This document shows, in pieces, positions 20,023 to 30,152 of a DNA stretch of 64,000 nt. The stretch is from NCBI GenBank assembly GCA_000996205.1, contig LBYO01000004.1, positions 4,051-68,050 of the forward strand. Reading direction: 5' to 3'. The translations under genes were made by a program, and so were the position numbers. The notes under the pieces are model-generated. The model saw only the letters and a list, made by a program, of their open reading frames with translations. It did no database searches and was not told where the DNA came from. This DNA is from Parcubacteria group bacterium GW2011_GWA1_40_21 (lineage in GTDB: Bacteria > Patescibacteriota > Minisyncoccia > Phycocordibacterales > GWA1-40-21). The first letter of the stretch is position 1; each line of letters starts with the position of its first letter.

Positions 20023-21384
20023 TTAATATTCTCGGATGTGCTCGGCATAAAAATCTGAAGTCATTCTCTCTCCCTCCCCCTTGTCTTCTTTGATGGTTTT
20101 GAATGGCTGTTTTTTTTGAATGTAAGAATCCATTTCCGCTATTTTCCGCCATATAAAATCCATCGCCTTATTCAATTCAAATTTTTCAATATATCCAACA
20201 AACTCTTTTGGAAATTCAAATTTTTCTTCCCCGAGTATGGGATTTTCCAAATAAGTCTCAGCCATTTTCATTATCCTGCTCGTTAAATTGCCGAGTCCAT
20301 TGGCCAAATTGGCGTTATAAATGTCTTTGAATTTGTCTACAGTAAAATCACTGTCCTCAAAAGGGTTCAATTCGCGGGCGAAATAATAACGCAAAGCGTC
20401 GGCGCCATATTCCGAAACAATACTCGCGGGACTTACGACATTGCCGAGACTCTTGCTTATTTTTTGTCCACCGATTGTGATAAAACCATTCACAATAATT
20501 TGCTTTGAAATTGGAAGTCTGGCCGCAAGAAGCATCGCTTGCCACATTGCCGCCTGCTGGCGGAGATTGTCTTTACCGCAATACTGCGTGACTGGCCACC
20601 ATCTGTGGAATTTGTCCGTATCGTCTGGCCAGCCGATGGCAGAAATATAATTCACAAGTGCATCAAACCACACATACATTATGTGTTCCGGATCATTCGG
20701 AACAGCAACCCCCCACGGCATTTTGCTCTTTAGACGCGATATGCTGAAATCTTCAAGTCCCCTTTCAACAAAAGCCTTGACTTCATTGAGCCGTGAAGAT
20801 GGAATTACAAAATCGGGATTATTTTCATAAAGCTCCAAAAGCGGTTTCTGAAATTTGGAAAAAGCGAAAAAATAATTTTCCTCTTCAATAATTTCAATCT
20901 TTTGATTCGAATGAATAGGACAACATCCGTTTTCCAATTCCGATTCAGTCTTTTCCAGCTCGCATCCTACACAGTATTTCACTTTGTAATTTTTCTTGTA
21001 TATATAGCCGTTTTTATCGCACACTTTCCAAAATTCCTGCGCGGAATTTTTGTGCCTTTCGTCGGTCGTTCTCACAAAATTTATGCCTTCCGACAAATTC
21101 AAGACGCAAATGAGGTCTTTGAATTTTTCAGCATAACCGTCCACATACTTCTGCGGATCCTGCCCGATTTCAAGAGCTTTGCGATAAATTTTCAAACCGT
21201 GTTCGTCCGTACCGGTATTAAAAAACACATTGAAACCTGCAAACTTCTTATAGCGAGCGATAATATCCGCCCGCGTGATCTCCATAGCAAAACCGATATG
21301 CGGATCGGCATTCACATAAGGCAATGTCGTCGTTATGTAAAAATTTTTACCGGCAATTGAGTTTTTCATCTCTCCTCTTTTCAT
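20023..21384 (-). CDS. metG: methionyl-tRNA synthetase (short form)
   Basis: 'PYVNADPHIGF' (HIGH region), 'NTGTDEHGLKI' (MetRS hallmark), a Cys4 zinc knuckle and 'KISKSLGN' (KMSKS). Confidence 0.85.
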   Translation of the reverse strand: MKRGEMKNSIAGKNFYITTTLPYVNADPHIGFAMEITRADIIARYKKFAGFNVFFNTGTDEHGLKIYRKALEIGQDPQKYVDGYAEKFKDLICVLNLSEGINFVRTTDERHKNSAQEFWKVCDKNGYIYKKNYKVKYCVGCELEKTESELENGCCPIHSNQKIEIIEEENYFFAFSKFQKPLLELYENNPDFVIPSSRLNEVKAFVERGLEDFSISRLKSKMPWGVAVPNDPEHIMYVWFDALVNYISAIGWPDDTDKFHRWWPVTQYCGKDNLRQQAAMWQAMLLAARLPISKQIIVNGFITIGGQKISKSLGNVVSPASIVSEYGADALRYYFARELNPFEDSDFTVDKFKDIYNANLANGLGNLTSRIMKMAETYLENPILGEEKFEFPKEFVGYIEKFELNKAMDFIWRKIAEMDSYIQKKQPFKTIKEDKGEGERMTSDFYAEHIREY

Positions 21385-21414
21385 ATTTTTGTCTTATACG
21401 CGCCCTTTTACACA

Positions 21415-21441
21415 TTCTGTGGGTATCTGATACCCACAGAA
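21415..21441. promoter_or_regulatory. 27-bp perfect palindrome ttctgtgggtatctgatacccacagaa (family F)
   Basis: Perfect inverted repeat in the metG / transporter intergenic gap. Confidence 0.4.
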
Positions 21442-21465
21442 CACAGAATATCTTATGCGGCTGAT

Positions 21466-22716
21466 TTAGTTAAGAGATTTTTTCTCCTCGGTCATTTTCC
21501 CCTCCACCACATCGCGAAAATATTCGGTGATAGTCGCGGCAATCGGCACAGAGAGAAGCACCCCGAGAAATCCGGCTAATTTATATCCGATGACAAGCGC
21601 CAAGATGACCAATATCGGCGAAACGCCCACGACCTTCTTAACCACCAGAGGGTAGATAAGATGATTTTCAAATTGTTGAATGATGAGATACAGTCCGACG
21701 ACAAGAAGACCGGCTGTCAGCCCCCCGTCGGCAAAAGACAAGAGCACCGCCGGAATCGCGGCTATTACAGGACCAAAGAGAGGAATAATTTCAAAAAACG
21801 CGGCGAAAACGGAAAGAAGAATGGCGTTTTTTACTCCCAATATGGTGAGACCCAAGTATATAAGGACTCCGACAATCACCCCGAGAAGAATTTGCCCTTG
21901 CATCCAATAACCTATTTTCTGCTGGGATCTCTTCCAAAGACTGATGACATATTTCTCGCTTTTCAGCGGTGTGATAACTTTCAGAAAATTCACCACTCCG
22001 TCCTCTTGAACCGCGAGATAAAACGACAAGACGACAATAAGCACAAAAGACAGCACGCCTCCGAATATCGCGCTTACCGTGTTCACAAATCCGCTTGAAA
22101 AATGGGACAAGACATTTTGGAAACCGGTTATCAAATCTGACAAGCCGGCTTTCTTGTTGATTTTATTTCCCGCCACATTGTTTTCCAGACTAGCCATTTC
22201 AAGGCTGGCGGAAATTTTTTCGGCAATCTCCTTTGACTCCGCAAGTCCTTGCGAGACATTTCGCGCTATGTCTCGCGACTGATCCGCTTTTTCTTTGCTT
22301 AAAGGATTCCAAACGGCGGTTGATTCAAAATATCGCGGGAAGGCGTTGGTAAAATTGAGAGTTTCATTAAGAAGAGTCGGCAGAAAGAAATAAAAGAAGC
22401 CGATAAGCGCGCTGAAAAGTCCGGCATAAGTGATGATTACGGCAGGCAGTCTGGCCACTCTTATTTTCGCGAACCACTTGACCAAGGGCTCAATCGCGGA
22501 GGCGATAACGACTGACGCGAGCACCACAAGGACAAGATCGCTCACCAAATAAAGAAAACCGACAATGGCGAAAATAACTATCGTCTTTATGATAGTCCCC
22601 GAATTTATATTAACAATGAGATTTTTACTTTCTTTGTCCATTATTGTAATAATATCACTAAATAAATTTTTATTAAAGCCAAAAAAAGCGACATCGCATG
22701 TCGCTTTTAGATTCAA
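21466..22716 (-). CDS. AI-2E family transporter (PerM/UPF0118)
   Basis: 416 aa, 8 TM. The topology and C-terminal conserved region are typical of AI-2E. An alternative start at MDKESK (22641) is possible; the longer form overlaps the upstream gene by 4 nt. Confidence 0.7.
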   Translation of the reverse strand: MNLKATCDVAFFGFNKNLFSDIITIMDKESKNLIVNINSGTIIKTIVIFAIVGFLYLVSDLVLVVLASVVIASAIEPLVKWFAKIRVARLPAVIITYAGLFSALIGFFYFFLPTLLNETLNFTNAFPRYFESTAVWNPLSKEKADQSRDIARNVSQGLAESKEIAEKISASLEMASLENNVAGNKINKKAGLSDLITGFQNVLSHFSSGFVNTVSAIFGGVLSFVLIVVLSFYLAVQEDGVVNFLKVITPLKSEKYVISLWKRSQQKIGYWMQGQILLGVIVGVLIYLGLTILGVKNAILLSVFAAFFEIIPLFGPVIAAIPAVLLSFADGGLTAGLLVVGLYLIIQQFENHLIYPLVVKKVVGVSPILVILALVIGYKLAGFLGVLLSVPIAATITEYFRDVVEGKMTEEKKSLN

Positions 22717-23981
22717 AATTTGAGAGTTGGAAGAAATTCATTTTTGTCTTTGAATCGGCCGATTATGGCGAGATTGAGATATTTATCTTGGAAAATTTTA
22801 TTGGCAATTTTTTTCACATCCGCGGCGGTGACAGCTTGTATCTCAATGATAATTTGCTCCGGTGTTTTTATTGATTTTTTTAAAACCTCCTGATAACCGC
22901 AATATTCGGCAAATGAATCCGAGGTCTCAAGTCCCAAATAAAGATTGCCCTGAAGCTGTTGCTTTACTTTGTTCAATTCGTTCTCGGAAATATTTTCATT
23001 TTTCAATCTCTTGAATTCTTCCATAATGGCGCTAATTCCTTCCTTGACTTGTTTATTGTCCAAACCTGCGCTCACTTGAAGAACCCCGTGATCGGTGTAA
23101 GTGTCATTTTCAGCTCGGACATAATAACAAATACCCATCTCATCTCTGAGTTTTTGGAAAAGACGCGAGCTCATCCCTCCGCTAAGCATAGTCGCCAATA
23201 CTCTCATTGCCGGATTATTTTTGCTGTAAGTATTGAATGACCTTACCCCTAAAACGATATGTGTTTGGTCCGTGTCTTTATACTGCAATAATATCTCCGG
23301 CTTTTTTTGAGATTCAAAAGTTTTTGTTTTATCTTTCTTTTTGCCTCCGAAGATGCCACCCCATATTTTTTGAATATTAGCGAGGGTTTTTTTCTCGTCA
23401 AATTTTCCAGCGACAACCACTGCCGTTGCAGAAGGAACATAATGTTTCCTCCTATAATCCAAAAAATCGCTTCTTTTAAGATTTTTTATATTTTCTTTCG
23501 TGCCCGCTATGTCCCACCCTGCCGGCTGATCTCCGTAAAGCAGTCTCATAAAAATTTCCTGAACTTTCCGATGGGGCAAATCTTCATACATATTGATTTC
23601 CTCTATGATGACCCCTTTTTCTTTTTCAATTTCATTCTCATTGAAAACGGGATTCAAATACATATCGGAGACGACATCAAGAAGCATATCCAAATGCTTG
23701 AAATCTGCTTTAGCGTAATAGCCGGTATACTCTTGCGAAGTGAAAGCGTTGTATTGCGCCCCAACGCTGTCCAGCTCCCCACTTATATCTATTACCTTCG
23801 GCCTCTTGGTCGTACCCTTAAAGCACATATGCTCAAGAAAATGTGAAAGTCCGTTTATTTCTTTCGTTTCGTATTTTGAACCCGCCTCAACCATCACAAG
23901 GACAGTCACGGTCGGATTGTCTTTCGTCGGAACGGTAATCACCCTTAGTCCGTTTTTTAAAATTTTTTTATTGAATTTCAT
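22713..23981 (-). CDS. M16-family zinc peptidase (pitrilysin-like)
   Basis: Inverted zinc-binding motif 'HFLEHMCFKGT' (HxxEH) plus a downstream Glu region, 422 aa. Confidence 0.8.
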   Translation of the reverse strand: MKFNKKILKNGLRVITVPTKDNPTVTVLVMVEAGSKYETKEINGLSHFLEHMCFKGTTKRPKVIDISGELDSVGAQYNAFTSQEYTGYYAKADFKHLDMLLDVVSDMYLNPVFNENEIEKEKGVIIEEINMYEDLPHRKVQEIFMRLLYGDQPAGWDIAGTKENIKNLKRSDFLDYRRKHYVPSATAVVVAGKFDEKKTLANIQKIWGGIFGGKKKDKTKTFESQKKPEILLQYKDTDQTHIVLGVRSFNTYSKNNPAMRVLATMLSGGMSSRLFQKLRDEMGICYYVRAENDTYTDHGVLQVSAGLDNKQVKEGISAIMEEFKRLKNENISENELNKVKQQLQGNLYLGLETSDSFAEYCGYQEVLKKSIKTPEQIIIEIQAVTAADVKKIANKIFQDKYLNLAIIGRFKDKNEFLPTLKF

Positions 23982-24007
23982 TTTGTTTTATTTCGTTTTA
24001 TCTATAA

Positions 24008-24553
24008 TTAGCATTTGAGTTTCTCCTGTTTGTCCCGAAATCCTATCGGATTTTTCGGCTTTGTTTTCTCCGTCAAAAGACGCTTAATCGCTTCGAAAAT
24101 ATCCCTCATCTGCTTATCATATTTTTTCTCCATATTTTCTATTTTTTCTTTCAAATCTTTGTTTGCTGAAAGAAATTCTCTCATTTGCGTGAAAGTTCTG
24201 ATAATTTGGATATTGACCATTATTGCCCTATCGCTATTTAAAACACTGGAAAGCATAGCAACGCCCTGCTCCGTAAAAACCAAAGGGCTTTTTCTTAATC
24301 CTTTTTTATCTGCGGCGGATATCACAATTTGTGATTTCCAAATATTAGTTTCTTCTTGATTAAGTTGAAACATAAAATCAACGGGAAAACGATCAATATT
24401 TCTCCTCACTGCCTGATTAAGCGACCTTGTTTCTACTCCGTAGAGATTGGCAAGATCTCGGTCTATCATTACTTTCTTGCTCCTAATCAAAAATATCCCT
24501 CTGACAATCCTCTCGTTTGGAACGGTTATAATTTCTTTATCACTCTTTTTCAT
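24008..24553 (-). CDS. ORF6N-domain protein (phage antirepressor-like DNA-binding)
   Basis: 'IRSKKVMIDRDLANLYGVETRSLNQAVRRNIDRFPVDFMFQL' matches the ORF6N/KilA-N-like signature. Confidence 0.55.
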   Translation of the reverse strand: MKKSDKEIITVPNERIVRGIFLIRSKKVMIDRDLANLYGVETRSLNQAVRRNIDRFPVDFMFQLNQEETNIWKSQIVISAADKKGLRKSPLVFTEQGVAMLSSVLNSDRAIMVNIQIIRTFTQMREFLSANKDLKEKIENMEKKYDKQMRDIFEAIKRLLTEKTKPKNPIGFRDKQEKLKC

Positions 24554-24695
24554 AGATATCTTTTTTCAACAAAATTGCTTTATCTTCCGCAATCAAACAA
24601 TATCACGCCAACAAATTTTAGACAAAAAAATAAGGCGAGAGGCTCTATTTAATCAGTTCGATTAAATAGAGACATTCTCGCCTTATGCCATTTTG

Positions 24696-25283
24696 TTAGG
24701 TTGCCAAACTTGATTTGGCTTCCTTAACAATTTTTACTACCTCTCTGCCAAACCCGAAGGGAAAGATGTAGCGTTTAAAAAAAATCTCTTCAAGTTTTCT
24801 TATCAGCACCGAAGCGAGCCTCATGTCTTCCTTGCACTGCTCCTTCTCATAACTGTCACTGGGGTCGGGTCTGATATTGCCAGTCCTGACTGCTTTGCAA
24901 AGCAGTTCCATTTCCTCTACACAATAATCCTTCCCTTTCAACTTTAAGATATAATTACTTTTTTCTATCAATGATTCATCCAAGTCAGCTCTGATATTAG
25001 AGCCCCTTGCCGGATAAGTCCCTTTTTCTCGTTTCACTCGATCCTTGGCGAAAATATATGTCGCCTCCGTCCTGTCGACATATTGCTTTATATCATTTGG
25101 CAACTTGCTATTAAAGTCATCGACCATGAAGTATAATTCTCCGTAATCTTTTTGAGACACTTTGACCCCACAAATCTCACCTTTAAACGAAGAGGCTTTT
25201 ACCAACTTAAAATCTTTTGACTTCAGTACACCGTCTTTTAAAAATACATATATATATAAACTCATAACAATCCTCCCTTTCAA
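24696..25283 (-). CDS. hypothetical protein
   Basis: 195-aa ORF (likely start MSLYIY at 25265). I recognise no motifs. Confidence 0.35.
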   Translation of the reverse strand: MKGRIVMSLYIYVFLKDGVLKSKDFKLVKASSFKGEICGVKVSQKDYGELYFMVDDFNSKLPNDIKQYVDRTEATYIFAKDRVKREKGTYPARGSNIRADLDESLIEKSNYILKLKGKDYCVEEMELLCKAVRTGNIRPDPSDSYEKEQCKEDMRLASVLIRKLEEIFFKRYIFPFGFGREVVKIVKEAKSSLAT

Positions 25284-25424
25284 TATTTTACCGCCATTTA
25301 TTTTGCTTGGCAGCTATTTAACAAAGAACTTTATCAGACTCCTGATAACAGTTTGAATCCTTTTGTAAGGGTACACGCTTTTGACATTTTGTCAAGCGTT
25401 TTTGCCATAATTTATTTTTTACCC

Positions 25425-26783
25425 TTATTTTAAGCTGTTTTTTATGAAACTGGATAATTCACCTGTCTTTACTCTCTCCTGTTTGCCTGTATCCCTGTCG
25501 CGGACAGTGACGGTGTCATTTTCCAAGGTGTCAAAGTCTATCGTCACGCAAAACGGCGTGCCGATTTCGTCTTGGCGGCGGTAGCGTTTACCGATGTTGC
25601 CGTTGTCGTCAAAAACTATCGGGCGGATTTCTTTTTTTAATTCACTGAAAATAATTTGAGCTTTTTTCACCAGCTCCGGTTTATTTTTAAGCAGAGGGAA
25701 AACAGCAACTTTCACAGGCGCAACTGTTGGTTTGAATTTCAGGAAAATTCTTTTTTCACCGCCCATTTCATCTTCCGTGTAAACCTCGCAAAGAATAGCG
25801 AGAATCATTCTATCCAAACCGAATGAAGGCTCAATGCAGTGAGGAACAAATCTATCTTTCGTTTCTTCATCATAATATGATAAGTCAGCGCCACTCTTCC
25901 CTATATGAGCAGACAAATCAAAATCAGTGCGATACGCCAAACCAAGAAGCTCTTTTCTGCCGAAAGGATAATCAAATTCAAAATCTATGGTTCTTTTGGA
26001 ATAATGCGCTCGGTCTTCCGCCGAGACTTCAAGCTCATGGATGCTGTCTTTGTCAAGTCCGATATCCGCAAGCCAATCTAAAATCTCCGTTCTAAAACTT
26101 TCAAAATATTTTTCCCACTCGCTTTCTCTCGTGAAATATTCTATTTCCATCTGCTCAAATTCTCTAGCGCGGAAGAGAAAATCTCTTGGAGAGATTTCAT
26201 TCCTGAAAGCCTTGCCGATTTGAGCCATACCGAACGGCAATCTGGGATGGAAAGAATCCATCACATTCTTGAAATTAACAAACATTCCTTGCGCAGTTTC
26301 CGGACGGAGATATGACACGGAACCTTTGTCCTCCACTGGACCGACATTGGTCTTAAACATCATATTGAACATAATCGGAGAAAACCAATTTTCTGCACTA
26401 CCACACTTTTCACATTTTGGAGGAACAAAAACATAAGAGATGGAAGGCATTCCCTTTTTCATATTCTGAAAATGATCCGGTGGAAAGCCTATTTGATCAG
26501 CCCTGTATTGAGAGTGGCATTTACTACACTCAACAAGCGGGTCGGAAAATCCCGCGATGTGCCCCGACGCTTCCCAAACTTTTGCATTCATAAGAATCGC
26601 CGCGTCTATTCCATACATATCGTCTCGCTCTTCAACAAACTTTTTCCACCACGAATTTTTTATGTTATTTTTGAGCGACAAACCAAAAGACCCGTAGTCC
26701 CATGCTCCGGAAAGACCGCCGTAAATTTCCGAGCCGGGATAAATAAAGCCGCGCCTTTTGCAAAGCGATATTATTTTTTCCAT
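25425..26783 (-). CDS. glyQS: glycyl-tRNA synthetase (alpha2 type)
   Basis: 'MEKIISLCKRRGFIYPGSEIYGGLSGAWDYGSFG' is the canonical dimeric GlyRS N-terminus, and the class II motifs are present. The longest ORF extends to 26825. Confidence 0.85.
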   Translation of the reverse strand: MEKIISLCKRRGFIYPGSEIYGGLSGAWDYGSFGLSLKNNIKNSWWKKFVEERDDMYGIDAAILMNAKVWEASGHIAGFSDPLVECSKCHSQYRADQIGFPPDHFQNMKKGMPSISYVFVPPKCEKCGSAENWFSPIMFNMMFKTNVGPVEDKGSVSYLRPETAQGMFVNFKNVMDSFHPRLPFGMAQIGKAFRNEISPRDFLFRAREFEQMEIEYFTRESEWEKYFESFRTEILDWLADIGLDKDSIHELEVSAEDRAHYSKRTIDFEFDYPFGRKELLGLAYRTDFDLSAHIGKSGADLSYYDEETKDRFVPHCIEPSFGLDRMILAILCEVYTEDEMGGEKRIFLKFKPTVAPVKVAVFPLLKNKPELVKKAQIIFSELKKEIRPIVFDDNGNIGKRYRRQDEIGTPFCVTIDFDTLENDTVTVRDRDTGKQERVKTGELSSFIKNSLK

Positions 26784-26852
26784 TTTTCCGCCTTCGGCGG
26801 TCTCTTTTTTCTTTTTGATTTCCATAATTGTTGAATAATAGACAAAAGAAGG

Positions 26853-28793
26853 CTATTTCACAACCTTATCTTCTGAATATTTGAAGTCAGGATCGGTCTT
26901 TAATGTAGTTGTAAGGGAAGGTCGCGTTTCTCCAACTGATGCGGATGTAAAGCTGTCCGTTCCGCTTAAGACTGATTCGTTTAGAATTACGGGGCTCTGT
27001 CCCTCATGACTCAAGCTCGGGAGGAAGGAAATTTGGAAAGATGCTTCTCTCGGCGGACCTTCAATACCCGCGCCGGCTTCTATGTCTCCCGCGTCCCAGA
27101 CCACTTCCGCCCTCGCGGAATTAAATGAAATATTTTCACTGGCGGGATTTGTCTGCGAAAGCCATTTGACATAAAGAGGAAGACTTGCGGCGACTTTGGC
27201 GTCTTTGATCTTGCTTGAAGTGTTTGTTATCGTCCAGATCACCGTATAAGTCGTTTCACTTTCGGCTTTTGGAGGCATTGGTCCGGTGTTCTCAAATGGT
27301 CCGCTCCAGTGAATAGCGCGGGAAGACAGCCTTGCGTCAGTCGCTATTTTGATTATTCTTGTCGCGGAATACAAAACTTCCTGAGGGACATTGTCTCCTT
27401 CAAGCCTTTTGCCTCTCGCGACTATATCCAGAGAAATTGAAGGCTCAATCATAAGCGAGGATCCGCCGATATGAGAACTCAGACTCCCGAATGAAAAGTT
27501 TAAATTCCCGCTCTCGCCCGGGGACATTGACCCTAAAGCCGGATTATTCGTCTTGTCAAAGACGATGGTATTGTCAACCGACCTGTAAAAACCCCGCTCG
27601 GCGGAAACCGATGATTTGTTCAGGGTGTCGCCTTTAAACTTTATCTGAATCTCCGCGTCTTTAATCGGGGTCGCGAGATTGTTTTTCCAAGCGACATCGG
27701 CTCTTATGATTTTACTGCTCTCGGAAACAAAATCATTGGCAGTGTTGCCGTCAAGGGCGATTTGAATGCCGATAAAAGGCTTCTTGATTGAAACTTCCGC
27801 GAGAGAAGTGACAATGGGCGTGGCTATCACCTTCTCATCTTTGTCGCTTGAAATTCCCGTCGTAAATCTTAGAATCTTATTCTCTCCGTCCTGACCCTGC
27901 ATCTTGCCGTAAATTTTAACGGTTTTTTTCTGTCCGGCGGACAAATCTCCTATGGACCAAAGATTATTGTTCGTGTCAAGCGATTTTTCGCTTGAATCAA
28001 CAAAGACGAAACCGAACGGATATTCCGCCTTGAGCAAAAGATTTCTGATCGGATTGGAAGAATTTGAAACAACAGTAACGGAAAAATCAACCGCCTGATT
28101 GGCATTTATTTCTTTAAGGCCGGACACTTCAATGCTCACCGGCGAGTCGCTTATGACGACTTCATAAGTTTTTTCTTTATAAAAAATCGCGCTTGAACCG
28201 GAAATGCGATACTCCACGGTCACCTTTATTTCTTTTTTGCTTTTTTCTTCGCCGAAAAGTATGGCCTCAACTCTTTTTACGGCGCTCTCTCCTTGGGGTA
28301 TATCGCCGAGCTCATCCCTCGTCCTCTTGAGCTCTGTCTTTAAATCATCTATGGCGCGCGCTCCCTCCGGATACTCAACGCGGAGATCCGCCGCTTTGAG
28401 GTCGGTTTTATTGTTGTTGTCAACTTTTATATCAAGGGAGATTTTCTCCCCGCCGGAAACCGAAACTGGTCCCGTTATGGAAATTTCTATATTGTTAGCC
28501 GAAATTGTGTTTGACCCCCAATAAAATCTGTAAAAAGCCACGCCGGAAGCAATTAGAAAAAATAAAATTGAAACAATAAAAAATTTCATCACAAAAGTCA
28601 TTCCTTTCTTCTCCTTGATGAAGATTGGCTTTTTTTCAAGACTTTCTTCACCTTCGTGAGACCATTCGCCCGCCACATCATAAGATTCGCTTTTCAAGTG
28701 GCGGCTTTTCCTGTCCGTTCTCGCGCGATTATCTCTTGAATAAAGTCCTCTTTTTAACTTTTCAATACCGCTATTGTTATCTTGGGATTCCAT
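26853..28793 (-). CDS. hypothetical membrane-anchored protein with repeated beta-rich extracellular modules
   Basis: 646 aa. It has a charged N-terminal cytoplasmic tail and one TM (FVMKFFIVSILFFLIASGVAFY), followed by a long extracytoplasmic region. Confidence 0.45.
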   Translation of the reverse strand: MESQDNNSGIEKLKRGLYSRDNRARTDRKSRHLKSESYDVAGEWSHEGEESLEKKPIFIKEKKGMTFVMKFFIVSILFFLIASGVAFYRFYWGSNTISANNIEISITGPVSVSGGEKISLDIKVDNNNKTDLKAADLRVEYPEGARAIDDLKTELKRTRDELGDIPQGESAVKRVEAILFGEEKSKKEIKVTVEYRISGSSAIFYKEKTYEVVISDSPVSIEVSGLKEINANQAVDFSVTVVSNSSNPIRNLLLKAEYPFGFVFVDSSEKSLDTNNNLWSIGDLSAGQKKTVKIYGKMQGQDGENKILRFTTGISSDKDEKVIATPIVTSLAEVSIKKPFIGIQIALDGNTANDFVSESSKIIRADVAWKNNLATPIKDAEIQIKFKGDTLNKSSVSAERGFYRSVDNTIVFDKTNNPALGSMSPGESGNLNFSFGSLSSHIGGSSLMIEPSISLDIVARGKRLEGDNVPQEVLYSATRIIKIATDARLSSRAIHWSGPFENTGPMPPKAESETTYTVIWTITNTSSKIKDAKVAASLPLYVKWLSQTNPASENISFNSARAEVVWDAGDIEAGAGIEGPPREASFQISFLPSLSHEGQSPVILNESVLSGTDSFTSASVGETRPSLTTTLKTDPDFKYSEDKVVK

Positions 28794-29094
28794 AAAAAAA
28801 ATTATACCACAAGAATTAAGTTGTAGGGACTAGTTTATAGTTTTTAGGTTATAGTGATTAGGTTGCAGGTGAAGAAGATGGCATCAATTTCCAATTCCTA
28901 ATTTCTAATTGATCTAATCAAATCCCAATCAACAATCAACAATAAATAAGACTTAATTTAATTAACTTTTAATTGGTCATTTTCTTAGTTGGTTTTTGAA
29001 GTTTGATTAGAAATTAGATCAATTAGGAATTAGTAGTTTGATAGGCCACTCTTCCTTTCTTCCCTACAACCTACCTAAAACCTACAACCTAGAA

Positions 29095-29688
29095 TTACAA
29101 CTGCGTTTCTTTTAGGGCTTTGTTTATTTGGAGGACGGCATCGCGACCGAGAGGGCTCATTTTAGAAACAAAATCTTTTGTCCAAACGGCGGAAGAAAGA
29201 AATTCCTTGAAATCGGCGGATTCTGCCATATATCCGAGACTATGCAGAATTCTCATAATCAGCAAGTATTCGCAGTTCCTCAAGAGGCTCTCATCAAGAT
29301 TTTCCTTTTCCAAAAACTCGCAAGCGGATGAGACATGGCTGAAAAGAATCTCGTTTTTCTCCTCGCCTCGGACAAGACGCAAAAGAAGCGCGAATGTCTT
29401 GGCCAACAATTCAAACTTATCACGACTTCCGTTCAAAGAACGGCGCAAATCATTTTCTTTTATCGCTCCGACGATTCTCCAAATATATTTTCCTTTAACC
29501 AGAGAAATTCTTGAATAAGAATAATCTTGAAGGCTATAGCGAAGTTTTGACTTAAGAAGCCTCACCCCTTGCGCCGTCGCGCCAATCATTCCAAAATCCT
29601 TGGTGAATATGGAAAAATATTTGTTCGCCTCGCCAACACTCTCCCCGCTCAACACAAAACCTTCAGTGTGATATATGTGATGCGTCAT
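29095..29688 (-). CDS. recO: DNA repair protein RecO-like (short)
   Basis: The N-terminal OB-fold pattern 'TEGFVLSGESVGEANKYFSIFTKDFGMIGATAQGVRLLKSKL...LVKGKYIWRI' resembles RecO. Confidence 0.5.
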   Translation of the reverse strand: MTHHIYHTEGFVLSGESVGEANKYFSIFTKDFGMIGATAQGVRLLKSKLRYSLQDYSYSRISLVKGKYIWRIVGAIKENDLRRSLNGSRDKFELLAKTFALLLRLVRGEEKNEILFSHVSSACEFLEKENLDESLLRNCEYLLIMRILHSLGYMAESADFKEFLSSAVWTKDFVSKMSPLGRDAVLQINKALKETQL

Positions 29689-29864
29689 TTGTTAGAATTT
29701 ATCGTAGCATTTCGCCAAAATCTCTTTTCTTCAGAATTATCCCCTCCGTCAAATAAATTTGATGCGCCATAAAATTTACTCGTAAATATCATGCGTGCCG
29801 ATGTCTGTGAAAATAACATTGCCGTCTTTTAAAACCGCGAAGAAGGCACTATCTCCATATTTTT

Positions 29865-30152
29865 TTATTTATGAAGATTAGAATATTCTTTCTCCAAAAA
29901 CGATTCTAATTTTTCCGTTTTTCCTTTTTTGTGTTCCTTTAATGCTTCTTCAACTCGCTTGTCCAAACTTCTGGCTTTTTCCCCTTTCAAGAAACAAACA
30001 GGGAGACTTTTAGCTTTCATGCCCTCATACTCTTTTCGCGAAATAACCACCAAATCTTCGTTTTTTGTTTTTATTAAATTTTTAGGGATAGTTATGGTAT
30101 TCATTATTTTTATGGTATCAACAACACCAAAAAAGGTCAACGTCATTGCCAA
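29865..30152 (-). CDS. Phd/YefM-like antitoxin-like small protein
   Basis: 'MNTITIPKNLIK...DLVVISRKEYEGMKA' resembles the antitoxin beta-alpha fold motif. A 30-codon RelE/YafQ-like C-terminal remnant (…VLKDGNVIFTDIGTHDIYE*) lies just downstream on the same strand at about 29745-29835. Confidence 0.35.
   Translation of the reverse strand: MAMTLTFFGVVDTIKIMNTITIPKNLIKTKNEDLVVISRKEYEGMKAKSLPVCFLKGEKARSLDKRVEEALKEHKKGKTEKLESFLEKEYSNLHK

Noticed and set aside
29569-29772. 67-aa plus-strand ORF overlapping the recO start and TA remnant region
   Set aside because: It overlaps recO on the opposite strand and has no recognisable motif. The minus-strand RelE-like fragment explains the region better.
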